DNA of 64,000 nucleotides from Bacteroidota bacterium (GTDB lineage Bacteria; Bacteroidota; Bacteroidia; J057; JADKCL01): NCBI GenBank assembly GCA_016718825.1, contig JADKCL010000026.1, positions 7,819 to 71,818 of the forward strand, read 5' to 3'. Shown piece by piece: positions 18,882 to 29,900 of this stretch (position 1 is its first letter; each line of letters starts with the position of its first letter). The notes under the pieces were generated by a model. It saw only the letters and a program-made list of their open reading frames with translations, ran no database searches and was not told where the DNA came from. The position numbers and the translations under genes were made by a program.

Positions 18882-20539
18882 TGAAAAAGTCGCTGATGTT
18901 CGCCATTTGTGTGCTAGGTCTCGCAATGGCAATTCCAACGGTTTTGAGTGCACAGGGTGGGGGATTGGTCAGTGATCAAGAAATGGCGGGTGATTGGAAA
19001 CCCAATCTTGGCTCCATCGAAAAGCCTGAGGAACTTGTAACGCCAATCGACAACAAGATCGAAACCAAGGAAATGACCTACGACGAAAAGCAGGTCAAGG
19101 CTCCGACAGAATACAAGCCGCAGGAAGTCAAGCTTCCGCAGCCGCCCAAACCACCGATGGACGAACTACAAAACAACCTCGTGAAGTTCAGCTTCGGACG
19201 TTTTGCCTCGCCTTATGCCAAGGTGTTTCTCAACACGGGTCGCAACGTCGACGGCCGTGCCGGCCTCGAGTTCAGCCACGCGAGCAGTAGCAAGGGGTAT
19301 GTCGACTATGCCGAATGGCGCGACGACATTCTTGGCGCCTATGGTCAATACTACACCAAGGAAAACACATTCAAAGGTGCCATCCGCTTCCAGAATTCCA
19401 ACTATTTCTACTTTGCAGACACGATCGTAGCTGCAAATCCTGAATTCAAAGACACCATCCGCAACACCTTCACCAAGTTTGAAGCGGACATGAGCCTTGC
19501 ACGGAATTACAATCCTGAGGGTGTGAACTACGATGTCGGACTCAATTTCCAAGGGTATTTTGACCGTTGGGACAACAAGGACATCCACATTTCTTTGTTA
19601 CCAAAGCTGAATTGGAAGATCACTGACATGTTTGGTGCAGACATTGCGAGTGCGTTTACCTTCAGCAACAGTACTTTTGATACTGTGCAGCAGAGCCGGT
19701 TTTTCTTGGACTTGACGCCCACAGTGACTTTCAAATATGAAGGGTTGAGCGTTCAAGGTGGCATCAAGGTCAATACGTTTGCCGATTCGACCAGCAAATT
19801 CAAGGCCTTTCCTGTCTTCAAGGCAAAGTATCAGCTGATTCCCGAGAAGTTGAGCTTGGCTGCCGGCATCGTCGGCGAAATGCACTATTTGAAGTACTAT
19901 GATCTGATCGATCAGAATCGCTACATCAACCGCCTGCCCGACATCCGTCCGATGCGCGATGCTTCCAATATCTATTTCGGTGTCGACGGGCAGTTTGCCA
20001 AACACTTTACTTTCAGTGCGCGCGGCTACACCAAAAAGGTCAAGGATCAATTGATCTACTTCAATCCTGAGAATAGCGCCTATTTCCAGATGTTGTATGA
20101 CAGCAACTTCACTCAATCCGGCGCGGAGATTTCGTTGACCTTCAATAAAAACGACAAGATCAGGGCTGGTGTGCGCGGCGATTTCCGCTCTTTTAAAACG
20201 AGCAACATCTACGCGAACTTCAATATGCCAGGCACCAAGGTTGACATTTGGGGTAGCTACAACTTTGCGAACAAGGTCTGGGTGGCAGCAGAAATCTATC
20301 TGTTCGGACCGCGCACCATGAGCGTGCAAGTGGATACGATCACAGGTCCATCAGACATTTTGATTCCGATCAAACAAGGCGTCGTCGCCGATGTGAACCT
20401 AAGTGCGGAATATAGGTTTTCAAAAAGGTTATCATTATTTTTGGAGCTGAACAATCTCTTGGACAATCGCTGGCAACGGTGGTACAATTACCAAGAGAGA
20501 CCGTTTGACATCAAGGGAGGCGTAACCTTCAGCTTTTAA
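18881..20539 (+). CDS. Predicted outer-membrane beta-barrel protein
   Basis: Signal peptide 'MKKSLMFAICVLGLAMAIPTVLSAQ'. Alternating beta-strand pattern. Terminal 'GGVTFSF'. The start overlaps the upstream stop (TAATG). Confidence 0.7.
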   Translation: MKKSLMFAICVLGLAMAIPTVLSAQGGGLVSDQEMAGDWKPNLGSIEKPEELVTPIDNKIETKEMTYDEKQVKAPTEYKPQEVKLPQPPKPPMDELQNNLVKFSFGRFASPYAKVFLNTGRNVDGRAGLEFSHASSSKGYVDYAEWRDDILGAYGQYYTKENTFKGAIRFQNSNYFYFADTIVAANPEFKDTIRNTFTKFEADMSLARNYNPEGVNYDVGLNFQGYFDRWDNKDIHISLLPKLNWKITDMFGADIASAFTFSNSTFDTVQQSRFFLDLTPTVTFKYEGLSVQGGIKVNTFADSTSKFKAFPVFKAKYQLIPEKLSLAAGIVGEMHYLKYYDLIDQNRYINRLPDIRPMRDASNIYFGVDGQFAKHFTFSARGYTKKVKDQLIYFNPENSAYFQMLYDSNFTQSGAEISLTFNKNDKIRAGVRGDFRSFKTSNIYANFNMPGTKVDIWGSYNFANKVWVAAEIYLFGPRTMSVQVDTITGPSDILIPIKQGVVADVNLSAEYRFSKRLSLFLELNNLLDNRWQRWYNYQERPFDIKGGVTFSF

Positions 20540-21768
20540 TGAATCTCGACCCTCAGAATGCATTGAATTTGGCCTTCAAGAATTTGGATGGGTTTTCCAT
20601 TCCAGACGTGGGTACTTTCAAGCGTGTGCGGGTTCCTGCCCAGATTGACCATCAAAAAAAGCGGATTTTACCGCCACAAGAGCGGTTTGTTTTGGAAGCG
20701 GGAGAGGAGTTGCGCACCGATTTCGAGGATTTTCTCTTCAGGTTTTACAACATCAAAATCAACGAAGCCGAGGAATTGGCTGTTGAGGTGGGCAACTACC
20801 TGCAAGACGCTTTGCGTTCGCACGGTCCTGTACGCGTTGATGGCGTGGGAACCCTACGAAAAGACCCTGCCGGTGAAATCGAATTCGTTCCCGAGGATGG
20901 AGTATTGGGGCAGGCGGCTGATTTTTTTGGCCTGCAATCCGTGGAGTACACATTCACCGAAGGTGTCAAGGCGACGGTTGAAAAGAAAAAAGAGGCAGCC
21001 AAAGAAAGCGTGCTGGCAAATACCACCGTGGTAGAACCCGTCGCGGTGCGCCGCAAATTTCCGCTCGGGTGGGTGTTTTTCCTGCTGATTCTGATCATCG
21101 GTGGAGGGGCGGCTTGGAAATGGCAGGCCGAATTGAAAGTCAAACTCAGGGAATACGGATTAATCAAGCAAGCACCTGAAGTTGTTGTGCCCAACGATCC
21201 ATCTGCGTCCGTCGACTTTCTGACCGCAGAGGAAAAAGAGGCTATGGCCAAAATCAAGGCTGACAGCATTGCGTATGCCCAAGCGATGGAAGACAGCACT
21301 GCGGCGCAAGCGGCCCACCGGCAGGATTCCTTGAAGGCACTTGCTGACGCAGCGAGTACCAATCCGAAGGTCGAACCCAAAGTCACGCCCAAGGTCGAAC
21401 CCAAGGTCACGCCGAAGGTTGAGCCAAAAGTCGCACCCAAAGTCGAACCGAAGGTGACACCGAAAACAATTCCGGCCACCAATGATGGCTCCATGGCGCT
21501 TAACGACGGCAAATACGGAGAGCGACCCGTCAATGGCCATTATTACCTGATTATCTCCTCCTTTGAAAACGGTGCAGAAGCCGCCGAAATCGCCAAAAGT
21601 ATTTCTGGCGCGAAGGTGCTTGTGCCGTATTATCAAAAGGGTTTCTACAAAGTCGCCGTCTTTGAAGCCAACAGCAAAAGCCAAGTCATCTCCAAGATGG
21701 TCGGCTACAAGGATAAATACCCAAAAAGCTGGATATTCTGGCCCGGAATGCCAGTCACGGGGAATTGA
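20539..21768 (+). CDS. HU-CCDC81-like N-terminal domain / TM / PKVE-repeat linker / C-terminal SPOR domain protein
   Basis: N-terminus 'LDGFSIPDVGTFKRVRVPAQID'. TM segment 'FPLGWVFFLLILIIGGGAAW'. SPOR-like 'HYYLIISSFENGAEAAEIAKSISGAKVLVPYYQKGFYKVAVFE'. The start overlaps the upstream stop (TAATG). Confidence 0.75.
   Translation: MNLDPQNALNLAFKNLDGFSIPDVGTFKRVRVPAQIDHQKKRILPPQERFVLEAGEELRTDFEDFLFRFYNIKINEAEELAVEVGNYLQDALRSHGPVRVDGVGTLRKDPAGEIEFVPEDGVLGQAADFFGLQSVEYTFTEGVKATVEKKKEAAKESVLANTTVVEPVAVRRKFPLGWVFFLLILIIGGGAAWKWQAELKVKLREYGLIKQAPEVVVPNDPSASVDFLTAEEKEAMAKIKADSIAYAQAMEDSTAAQAAHRQDSLKALADAASTNPKVEPKVTPKVEPKVTPKVEPKVAPKVEPKVTPKTIPATNDGSMALNDGKYGERPVNGHYYLIISSFENGAEAAEIAKSISGAKVLVPYYQKGFYKVAVFEANSKSQVISKMVGYKDKYPKSWIFWPGMPVTGN
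21364..21465 (+). repeat. In-frame tandem repeat encoding (PKVEPKVT)x4 with synonymous codon variation
   Basis: Read directly: ccgaaggtcgaacccaaagtcacg / cccaaggtcgaacccaaggtcacg / ccgaaggttgagccaaaagtcgca / cccaaagtcgaaccgaaggtgaca. Confidence 0.9.
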
Positions 21769-21780
21769 TCCAACGAAAAT

Positions 21781-23109
21781 TTATTCGGCAATCACGACCG
21801 GTACTTTTTCTGTATTCATCGCAGGTGCCGCAGCAATTTTTCGGGTAACCATTCGGTCTACTCCCCAAAACAAGATGATCGTTGCGACCAAGGAGGCCAT
21901 GACCACGATCCCAAGCAACGGATAATTTTCCAAAGGACCTGATTTCGTTACCGCTAGGCCATTCTCCACAGATTGGATTTGCGGTTGAACGACAATCAAT
22001 CCTGCAAAAAAGGCTGCAATTCCACCTGAAATCTGCTGAATCGACGAATTGACGCCCATGTAGGCGCCTCGATCTGCGGGATCTGGAATGGCCGTGATCA
22101 ATGCTGAAGCTGCAATCATCCTTGCAGTAAGCCCAGCAAAGAGGATCACGTTGATGAGGATCAACACCCAAAGTGGCGTGATACCAAGGTTCGTGTACCA
22201 TCCAACCATCGCCATTGCAATGACGCATCCGCCTACAAAGACCTTGTATTTGCCGACTTTGTCAGCCAATCTTCCACTCAACGGTCCAAAGAATATCGTA
22301 AACAAGCCCGTCACGAGGTACAGGATTGGGAGCTCTTCCTTCGTCAATCCCAGATTTTCAGTGCTGTACGCCGCACCCAATGGCATCAGCATATAGCCGC
22401 CAGTTGCAAGCAAGGCCGTCGCAGCAAAGCCTTTCAAATAATCGCTTTTGGTCAAGGTATGAAACAGGTGCAAAAACGGATTTTCCTTCGTTTTGAGTTT
22501 GAGGTGCGCATTGATAGGACGCATATAGATCAAAATCACCACGCCTGCCGGAATCGAAACGGCAACAATCAACCAAAATGGCGCGTGCCAGTCAAATGCA
22601 TTCGCGAGGTACAGTCCGACTGGTAGACCTATGACTTGACTCACTGCGAATGCCATTTGCACAAAACCCATCACCCGTCCGCGTACCTCAAGTTTAAACA
22701 GGTCCGTAATGATTGCGAAAGCGATCGAACCGATCACGCCTCCGAAAACTCCAGTAAAAATGCGGGCCAACAACAGAAATTCATACGTCGGTGAAAGCGC
22801 GCAGAGCGCTGTCCCGATCACGAATCCGGTATAAAAAAACATCAGAAGACGTTTGCGGTCAAACTTGTCAGCGAAACCAGCAGCGAGTAGTCCCGATGCG
22901 CCTGCGCTAAAGGCGTAGGCACTCACCACGAGACTAAACTGATCGGGCCCGATCTTCATTTCCTTGAGCAAAAATGCGCTCAACGGCGAAAGCACCATGA
23001 AATCCAGGATCACGGTGAACTGTATGAATGTGATCACAGCAACGATGAACCATTCGTAGGTGGTGAACGTGGCTTTCTGTTTCTTGGGCATTTTTGAATT
23101 ATTTTTCAC
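21781..23109 (-). CDS. MFS transporter
   Basis: 442 aa with about 12 hydrophobic helices. MFS signature-like 'GFADKFDRKRLL'. Adjacent TetR regulator. Confidence 0.9.
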   Translation of the reverse strand: MKNNSKMPKKQKATFTTYEWFIVAVITFIQFTVILDFMVLSPLSAFLLKEMKIGPDQFSLVVSAYAFSAGASGLLAAGFADKFDRKRLLMFFYTGFVIGTALCALSPTYEFLLLARIFTGVFGGVIGSIAFAIITDLFKLEVRGRVMGFVQMAFAVSQVIGLPVGLYLANAFDWHAPFWLIVAVSIPAGVVILIYMRPINAHLKLKTKENPFLHLFHTLTKSDYLKGFAATALLATGGYMLMPLGAAYSTENLGLTKEELPILYLVTGLFTIFFGPLSGRLADKVGKYKVFVGGCVIAMAMVGWYTNLGITPLWVLILINVILFAGLTARMIAASALITAIPDPADRGAYMGVNSSIQQISGGIAAFFAGLIVVQPQIQSVENGLAVTKSGPLENYPLLGIVVMASLVATIILFWGVDRMVTRKIAAAPAMNTEKVPVVIAE

Positions 23110-23136
23110 GCTATTTCGATCAAAAAGGGGCTGGAA

Positions 23137-23724
23137 TTAAGGTCTGAGTGCTTTGATTACCATTTCAAAGGTTTGTCGAATGACATCATCCGACAGCTCA
23201 AAACAATCGCTGAGCATCGATTTTCCTTGATATTTACATCGTACCAACGAATAGAACGGAGCGTAGGCCATGGACCAATATACCTCTGTCGGCATCGGAC
23301 GTAACTCCTGATTTCGAACTGCGTTGACGATGAATTGTTGCATGTTTTCCTTGAAGACGGCAAATTTCATGTCTCCTCGGTTGATCAAAGGTGAGTGCCT
23401 GAATTGTTCGTAGAATGCGAACTGTACTGGAAACTCCAAAATGAAACGCAGCCGGTTCTGCCATTGCAACCAAAGGCCGTCTGACAGGCTCATTTCCGGC
23501 GAAAATCCTTCCAATGCTACCCCTGTAAAATTTTCCTGAACCTCTTGAAAGAGTTGATTCAGAAGGTCCTCCCGATTTTTCCAATAGATGTAGATCGTTG
23601 CAGGGGAGACACCGGCGGCTTTGGCCAGTTTTTGCATGGAGAGCCCGTCAAAGCCCTCGGCAACGATCATTTCCATCGCCTTAATTCGGAGGCAAGCCTC
23701 TTTGCTTTCGTCTCGCGTTCGCAT
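23137..23724 (-). CDS. TetR/AcrR-family transcriptional regulator
   Basis: N-terminal HTH 'GFDGLSMQKLAKAAGVSPATIYIYWKNREDLL'. 195 aa. Confidence 0.9.
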   Translation of the reverse strand: MRTRDESKEACLRIKAMEMIVAEGFDGLSMQKLAKAAGVSPATIYIYWKNREDLLNQLFQEVQENFTGVALEGFSPEMSLSDGLWLQWQNRLRFILEFPVQFAFYEQFRHSPLINRGDMKFAVFKENMQQFIVNAVRNQELRPMPTEVYWSMAYAPFYSLVRCKYQGKSMLSDCFELSDDVIRQTFEMVIKALRP

Positions 23725-23990
23725 TTCGACTGCAAATATAAATGAATGTTCGTTTAGTTATCGAAATTGCAATGAAAATAGTTGAATCTTGTGAGATCAG
23801 GATACAGCGTGAGAAAACCCTGTGGATAAAAACCCCATCCTCCTTTGAAATTTCGAGGATTCCTTCCTATCTTCATGTCGTCTAAAGCAGGTCGCATTCG
23901 GCTTTTGGGAAATTTGGCCGTCTCGCCTCCGTTCATCCCTCTATTTGTCTTCGAAGGTGCCAACTTGTGCCTTCGCAATTGCCAATTTGA

Positions 23991-26900
23991 ATGCCCATGA
24001 AGTCTCCAGAATCACGGAATGATCACGATTCGAAGAAGAGCAATACCCTTCTTCCGCCAGACAGTGTCGTCCAGCCAAAGTCGATGACGCCACCGCCTTT
24101 TCAGCTGAAAACCAGCGTGTCTACCGGCGGAGAAAACGGCGAAACCGAAGAAATTCAAGAAACGGTACAAAAGGAAGGCAAGGAATCCTCAGGATTTGCC
24201 GATGCCGGTGCAGGAGATGCCGCAGGGAGTGGAGCGGGCTCCGGTGCCGGACTGCCGCCAAATCTCAAATCGGGCATCGAAAGCCTTTCCGGGATGAGCA
24301 TGGACCATGTCAAGGTTCATTACAATTCCTCAAAACCCGCCCAACTCAACGCCCATGCCTATGCGCAGGGTAGCGATATCCACATTGGCGCCGGACAGGA
24401 GCAACATTTGCCGCACGAAGCATGGCATGTTGTGCAACAAATGCAAGGCCGCGTCAAGCCCACCATGCAAATGAAAGGCGGTACCCCCGTCAACGCCGAT
24501 GTTGCCTTGGAATCTGAAGCGGATGTCATGGGTGCCAAAGCTGCGGCCATGGGCAGCGAGTCGGCAAGCGCGCCCACCGCACAACGCAAAGTCAACGGCT
24601 TCGCAGCCGCACAACTCCGCGCCAATTACCCGAGCGGATCCGCCATGCAGCTCAAGGCTCAAGGCGAATCCGTGCAATTTGCAGGCGTTGACGTCGATAT
24701 TCTCAAGGACGGTGCCAAAGACCTCGCCTTCAACTACATGGGCGAGTATTGGGAGGAATTGAAGAAGAACTTCAAACTCGAAGACTTCCTCGTCGTCCTC
24801 GTCAAAGACCTGCTCGACATCATCGGAATCGACCTTGTCAAGGGTGCCCTCAAGTCCTTGAGCGCAGGCGCAGCCAAGCTCGCAAGCGGCATCGGGCAGA
24901 TCACCAAGGTGATTTCCTTGCTCGTCAAAGTCAAGGAGTGGATCGACCGCGTCCCCAAGCCCATCAAGGAGTTTCTGAAGTATCTCCTCGGATTCTTCAT
25001 GAAAAAGGTCTCCAAGTGGATCACCGACGAAGGCATGGAAGACGCCAAGATCAACACCGTGATCTTCGGCATGGCCAACGTCATGGACATGTTCGGAAGT
25101 GCCATCGGTCAATTGGAAAACCTTGTCAACAAGCTGAATGGCTACATTTCGGCGGGAATCGACAAGGTGACCAGCCTTCCAGGTGTGCAGACAGGCATCA
25201 ATGCCATCACACGTGCTTTCGACTTTGCAGGTCCCGAATTGGAAGCTGCAGGTGGCAAGCTCACGGGCGCTGTTACCGACCTTTGGACGGAAACCAAGAA
25301 GCTCAAACCACAGGATCCCAAAGAAAACAAAGCCACAGAACTCGACCTCAAATTCCTCTGGCTCAAAGTCAAAAGCCCCGAAGTCCAGAAGTGGACAGAA
25401 AAGGACAAAAAGACCGGCAAAGACAAGGAAATGGGCGGCATGGTCCTCGACAGTCAACTCGGCATCCGCTTGAGTGGCAATGACTTCGAGGCAGATATCA
25501 CCATCAAGATCAATTACAGTGGCGACTACCGGTTCAAGCTCCAAAGCGAAAGCAAATTGCTCGAAGGCGGTGTCGGCATCGACGGACTCTTCAATCTTCA
25601 AGGTCTGACACTCAGTCAAATGGAGATGAGTTCCGAGGAAGGATTGGCATTGCTGATTGTCAAGCTGTCCCGCCTCGCATTTGGTCCGGACGTGTTGGTC
25701 GGCGAAAACCTTCGTTTCCAATACAAAAAGGCTAGCAATACCCCGTTTGAGATGGATGGCGGGGTGCAGTTGAATGCACTTGGCCGCAGCCTGAATGGCA
25801 ATCTCCACCTCGGCTTCAAGGATGACGGCAAGCTCGGCAAGGGCAAGTTTTTCATGACCACGGGTGCCGAGCAATTCGATTTGATCAAGGATCACCTGAG
25901 TATCAAAAACATCAACGCCGCAGGCGATTGGGAAGATGGTAAGTTTAAGAGCCTGATGGTCAAGGGAGATCCCTTCATCGGATTCGCAGGCGCAAGGGTT
26001 ACAGGTGAGCAGGTTGGCTTGGAATACCACGATGGCAAAGGCTTCGAAGGCAAGGCGGATTCGTTGCTGATGGAAGTGGACATCATGGGCGCCACCGTCG
26101 GCATCCTCGTCCGCAATGCGACTGTCGAGGAAAGCGGATTCTCTGCCGAAGATGTCACGCTCACCTACACCGGTGCCGCCGCCAAATTGGAGGCTGCCCA
26201 ACAAGAAGGTGGCGAAAGCGGCCAAGAAGAAAAGGTCGGATTCGTCAAGGAATTTGCCCCCGCCTTCGAATTGAACTGGTTGACCCAAGCTTTGGGCGTG
26301 GATCTCGTCGAAATGCGTATCTCTAATGCCCGCATCAACTGGGGTGACAAAAAGGAAGGCGCAACGGAGACAGCCGGTGGTCAAGAGGCCGAAAGTGCCA
26401 AGACGGAAGACACCAAAACCACCATGGCGCCCAAGGAGGAGGGCAAGGACGGAAAGGAAACCAACGTGTTTACCCTTCGCCGCCTGAAAGCCACATTGTT
26501 TGGCGTGACGGTCGATGGAAGTTACAAAGACGAAACAAAGACATTTGAAGGCACGATTTCTTCCAAACTGTTTGGCCAAGACAGCGGACGCAAGCCGGCT
26601 ACTTTTGGCGTGCAGATGAAGGAAGGCGGCAATTGGGAAGCGACCATCAAGTCACTCGCCTTGTTGCCTGAAAATAAGGCATTTGGCGAAGCATTGAATG
26701 TCGGTCCGATCGTTCTGAACAAGATCACATTCGGTTCCGCAGACGGCATCAAGGAACTCGAATTGGCAGTCGATAAGTTCGGAATCGCAGGAGACATCCT
26801 CGCCGCTGAGGGCATTCTCCTGAATTACACCAAAGACGGCGGTGTTTTGGAAGCGAATGCAAATATCTACCTGAAAATGATGCAGGAGAATCCGCGCCTC

Positions 26901-29900
26901 AGCGGCAAACTCAACCTGCAATTCGGTCAGGACGGCAAATTGATCCAAGGATCAGCCATCAAAGAAGGGGGAGGAGAGGAGTTCAACTTCCTTGACAACC
27001 GCTTGATGCTCGGCAATCCCAGCTTCAATGCGCAATTCAGCAGCGAAAAAGGATTGTCCCACCTCAGTGCAGCGGGTAATCTTTCGCTGAAATTGCCATC
27101 CGCCAAGGTCACCGCTGAAAATGCCAGCTTCGAATTTGACAAAGCCGAGAAAATCTTCAAGGCCCATGTCGATACGATGACCGGCAAAGTCCTTTTGGGC
27201 GAAGAAACCTTGGTGATGGTGATCGTGCAAGGCGCCGAAATTGACAAAAAAGGCATTCGCGCAGAGAGCATTAAGCTCACATTCAGCTACGGCGACGACG
27301 AGGCTCCGAAGGAAGACCTTCAAGCACTCGCCAAAGCGGGCGATTTGAGCAAGCTGCTCCCCGGCTTCAACACCGACATGATCAAGAGCGTGGGCGGCAT
27401 CGACACATTTGTCATGGACCTCACCACGACCAACGTCGCCTACAACTTCGGTGGTGACGACGAAGGTCAGGTCGAAAAAGCGGGCAAAGACGCCGAAAAG
27501 AAAAGCGAAACCAGCCTCGCGATCCGCAAGCTCAAGGCGCACGCCTTCGGCTTCGAGATCATGGGCAAATACAGCGAAGGCCTTTTTGAAGGCTCCTTCA
27601 ACTCACCCGACTTCGGTGGCGGCGAATTTGACGTCAACACAGCCGATCCAGAAAAATGGGTCGCCCGTGCGCACGATGTCGATTTGAAATTCGGAGGACG
27701 GAAGCTTTTCAACCTCTTTGGCATGGAGCGCGTGCAATTGCATGAGCTTCAATATGTCAGCGGTCAGGGCATCAACATCCTGAACCTGAGCGTTCACAAA
27801 CTCGACTTCGGCAACGGTGTGTTCCTCACGGAGCGCATCGACGGCAAAATGACCGACAAAGGCCTCGAATTTGCAGGCAAAGGCGTTCAATTGGATGTCT
27901 TCGGCTACAAATTGGCCGGCGCATTCAAGGTCAGCGTGGACAAAACAGGCAAACCCACCGAAATCCGCGCGACGCTTGACGGTGCCACGGACATCGAGGC
28001 CATCAAAAACGTGCTCAAATTCACCGGTGTCGGCGGCAGCGTTGACTGGGTGAATGGTGCCTTGGAAAACATGGAACTCCATGCGGGCATGGGCATGAAC
28101 CTGCCTGCGGGCATCAGCCTGAACGTGCCACAAGCACAATTCGGCTATAAGAAGGAAGATGGCCTCTTTGCAGCTGTCGACGAAATGCGCCTCGGCATTC
28201 GCGTCTCCGAGGATGTGCAATTGCTCTTCCGCATGCTCAAAGGCAAGGTGGCCAAGGGCGAAGGCGGCGGCGTGAATTTCACCGCTGAAAAGCTGGCAGC
28301 GACCTTCGCTTACGGCAAAGAGATCATTTCGCCAGAAAAAGACGTCAAGAAAGAGCAACTCCAAAGCCTGTTGCCCGGTCTCCCGACCAAGTGGCTCGAG
28401 TTTGCCGGCTTGCGCGTGCTGGTATTCACTGCAGCCGCCAACCAAGTGAAAATGGGTCCGAAGGGACTGGAAATCGCAGGTTGGGAAAAGGTCGTTGAAG
28501 CCATGGAAGGCGGATTCATGGGCTTGGATGTCGGCTACAACAGCGGCAATGCGGAAGTTGGTTTGGGCGAAGGCCTTGGCGGCATGGTCGAAGGCCAACT
28601 CGACAAGTACACCACGGGTGGCGAAGGCAGCAAGGATGGCCTCGACAAAAACGACGGCAAAGACAGCACAGGCGCCAAACCCAAAGGTCCAGGCGGCTGG
28701 GTGCGCGGTTCGTGGAACAAAGAGGTCGGCATTCCTGCGATCAGCATGGACATTCCGATCTTGCCCGGACTCGCCGTTGGCGGTGGCATTTCGGCGGGTG
28801 TCGGCGTTGGGGCAACCATCGGCGCTGGTTTGGAAAAATTGCCTGAAAAGGAAGACGGAAAGGAACGTTTTAAGGTCAGCGGTGACGCAGCCATCAAGGC
28901 ATTCGGCGATTTGAAAGTCGAATTGCATGCCACTGTGGGCCACGAATTGATCATTGCCATCCAGGCAGGCTTGTATGCCAAGGCCGCGATTTCTGCCGCA
29001 GCCAAAGGCGTGGTCACGGGTGTGATTCTCTGGGACCGCGAGCAAAACAAGATGTCGTTGAGCAAGCGTCCGGAAGATAACCCGCAAGTGGATGTCGATT
29101 TGCGCGCTGCATTGAATGCAAGCGTCGGTGCCGAAGTGAAGCTGAAGGCATTCGTGTTCTTCGAGAAAAAGCTTTGGAGCTACGAATTCAAGAAATGGGA
29201 TCTCGGCGAATGGATGTTGCATGGCAAGCTCGCCGCAGGCGAGGACGGCAGCTACTCCTTCGTACGTGAAGCAAGCGGATTCGGCAAGGATGGCGGTATT
29301 CCGGGCACCAAACCGATGGTCGAGGCTAAGGTTGTTTCGCCAATCGATGTCCTCAAGAAAGGGGAGAAGCTCGAGGATCAACGTGTGGTCTGGAGAATCT
29401 ACCACGACATCATGGATCCAACGAGCGGCTACACGCCCGAGCAGCAGCAAATGATGGTGCAACAGCTCAACAACCTCACGGAAATCGATTTCAGCAAGGA
29501 ATCCGGCGATCTCGGAACGATGATGTCAGAGATGCGTGGACGCACGGGCGGTCAAGATGATCCTTCAGGTCTCATGACCAACAAGGAGTGGGAGGCCTAC
29601 AGCACCACGGAAAGCACCTTCCTTTTCTGGACGAATAAGACCAAGCGGAAGTCTGTAACAGCTGTGGACATGAAACTCGCCGAATACAACAAGGCGACCA
29701 CGACGACAGATAAGATTCGCGTGCTCCAAGGTAGCCTGAGCGACGAAGAAATCGCCAAAAAGTTGCCCAAGATTGACTTGGACGATCCGACCGACAGCGA
29801 CAAGCTTCGTCCGGTCTTTGAGCGTGCCGGATTGGTGCAAATCTGCGATACCTTCATTCTGAAAGAAAGCGGCAGCAGCCGCGTGGACATGGTCGCCAAA

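Noticed and set aside
24330-29462. Very long antisense ORFs inside the giant gene (749 aa at 24330-26579 and 619 aa at 27603-29462, minus strand).
   Set aside because: Both are exactly codon-aligned with the sense frame (26577-23991 and 29460-23991 are multiples of 3). A stop in that antisense frame needs a sense TTA, CTA or TCA codon, which this gene largely avoids. The translations are low-complexity (F/H/L/D/V-rich) with no motifs. They are mirror-frame artefacts, not overlapping genes.
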